Assembly: GCA_964646795.1 (NCBI GenBank)
Contig: CAZYHL010000002.1
Coordinates: 1 to 34,256, forward strand
Direction of reading: 5' to 3'
DNA: 34,256 nt
Source of the DNA: an uncultured Syntrophomonadaceae bacterium
GTDB lineage: Bacteria > Bacillota > Dethiobacteria > PWVN01
The notes beneath the pieces were generated by a model. The model was not told where the DNA came from and searched no databases. It saw only the letters and a program-made list of their open reading frames with translations. Shown here piece by piece: positions 33,867 through 34,256 of the stretch (the stretch's first letter is position 1; each line of letters begins with the position of its first letter). The translations under genes were made by a program, and so were the position numbers.

Positions 33867-34256
33867 TTAACCCGACATGGCCAGGGCCAAGGCTCCGTAA
33901 AGGCCTGCCTTATTCCTTAATGGAGATAGGATTATTTTGACGTGCCTCCCCTGTTCCCGCATGGCATGTCTTGCCACTTGAGCCTTAACGGCGGCAAGCA
34001 GTTTGTCCCCAGCAAGGCTCAAGCCACCGCCGATAATGACCCGGTCGGGGTTGAATATATTAATGAGTCCTGCTAAACCGATACCCAGCCAACCGGCACA
34101 GCGTTTAAAAGCAATGGCGGCAGCAATATCGCCCCTGTCATAGGCCTCGGAGACCATTTCAGCTGTAATAACGCCTTCAGTTGCCGCCAGTTCATGCAGC
34201 AGGGAAAAAGGATCTTTTAAGGCCTCCAGCCTTCCTTCCCTAGCCAAGGCAGGCGC
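33867..34256 (-). CDS. ROK family protein (glucokinase-like), C-terminal part (gene starts beyond the right edge)
   Basis: The frame is open to the window edge. The C-terminal ROK pattern is present: ...RGDIAAAIAFKRCAGWLGIGLAGLINIFNPDRVIIGGGLSLAGDKLL... Confidence 0.85.
   Translation of the reverse strand, partial: APALAREGRLEALKDPFSLLHELAATEGVITAEMVSEAYDRGDIAAAIAFKRCAGWLGIGLAGLINIFNPDRVIIGGGLSLAGDKLLAAVKAQVARHAMREQGRHVKIILSPLRNKAGLYGALALAMSG

Overview
This is a gene-dense 34.3-kb chromosomal segment, mostly on the minus strand. It looks like an endospore-forming, probably anaerobic Firmicute (Clostridia/Peptococcaceae-like), judging from a gerA-type germinant receptor operon, a CotJC-like Mn-catalase, AddAB rather than RecBCD, and apparent selenocysteine use. 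I recognised no rRNA, tRNA, CRISPR array, transposase or integrase. Left to right: the 5' end of an alanine/glycine:cation symporter gene; a two-gene AmmeMemoRadiSam module (radical SAM enzyme plus a Memo/LigB-AMMECR1 fusion); a gerXA-XB-XC operon with a fourth small membrane ORF; a ZIP metal transporter; a tandem-Usp protein; a membrane-anchored SDH/ClpP-fold serine protease; an NSS-family Na+ symporter; an orphan CotJC-like Mn-catalase with a non-ATG start; azlCD; and a HemN-family radical SAM enzyme. Next comes a visibly A+T-richer accessory stretch (about 14.8-22.6 kb). It holds an ABC-2 exporter pair, a 16-cysteine CxxCxGxG-repeat protein, a three-gene ABC module whose 706-aa permease carries a large ectodomain without a metalloprotease motif, and a small HTH/membrane/micro-ORF module with a clear promoter-operator layout. 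The right part holds a thioredoxin-fold YyaL/DUF255 protein, then a tight co-directional run: ROK kinase (partial), ArsC/Spx-like gene, addB, addA, FAD disulfide oxidoreductase. The best single observation is that the ArsC/Spx-family gene, which the ORF track shows truncated, is really a 116-codon frame. It has an in-frame TGA exactly at the first Cys of the CxxC motif and a perfect 8-bp hairpin 15 nt downstream, so it is a likely UxxC selenoprotein. Everything rests on reading the sequence and remembered family motifs; no searches were run.
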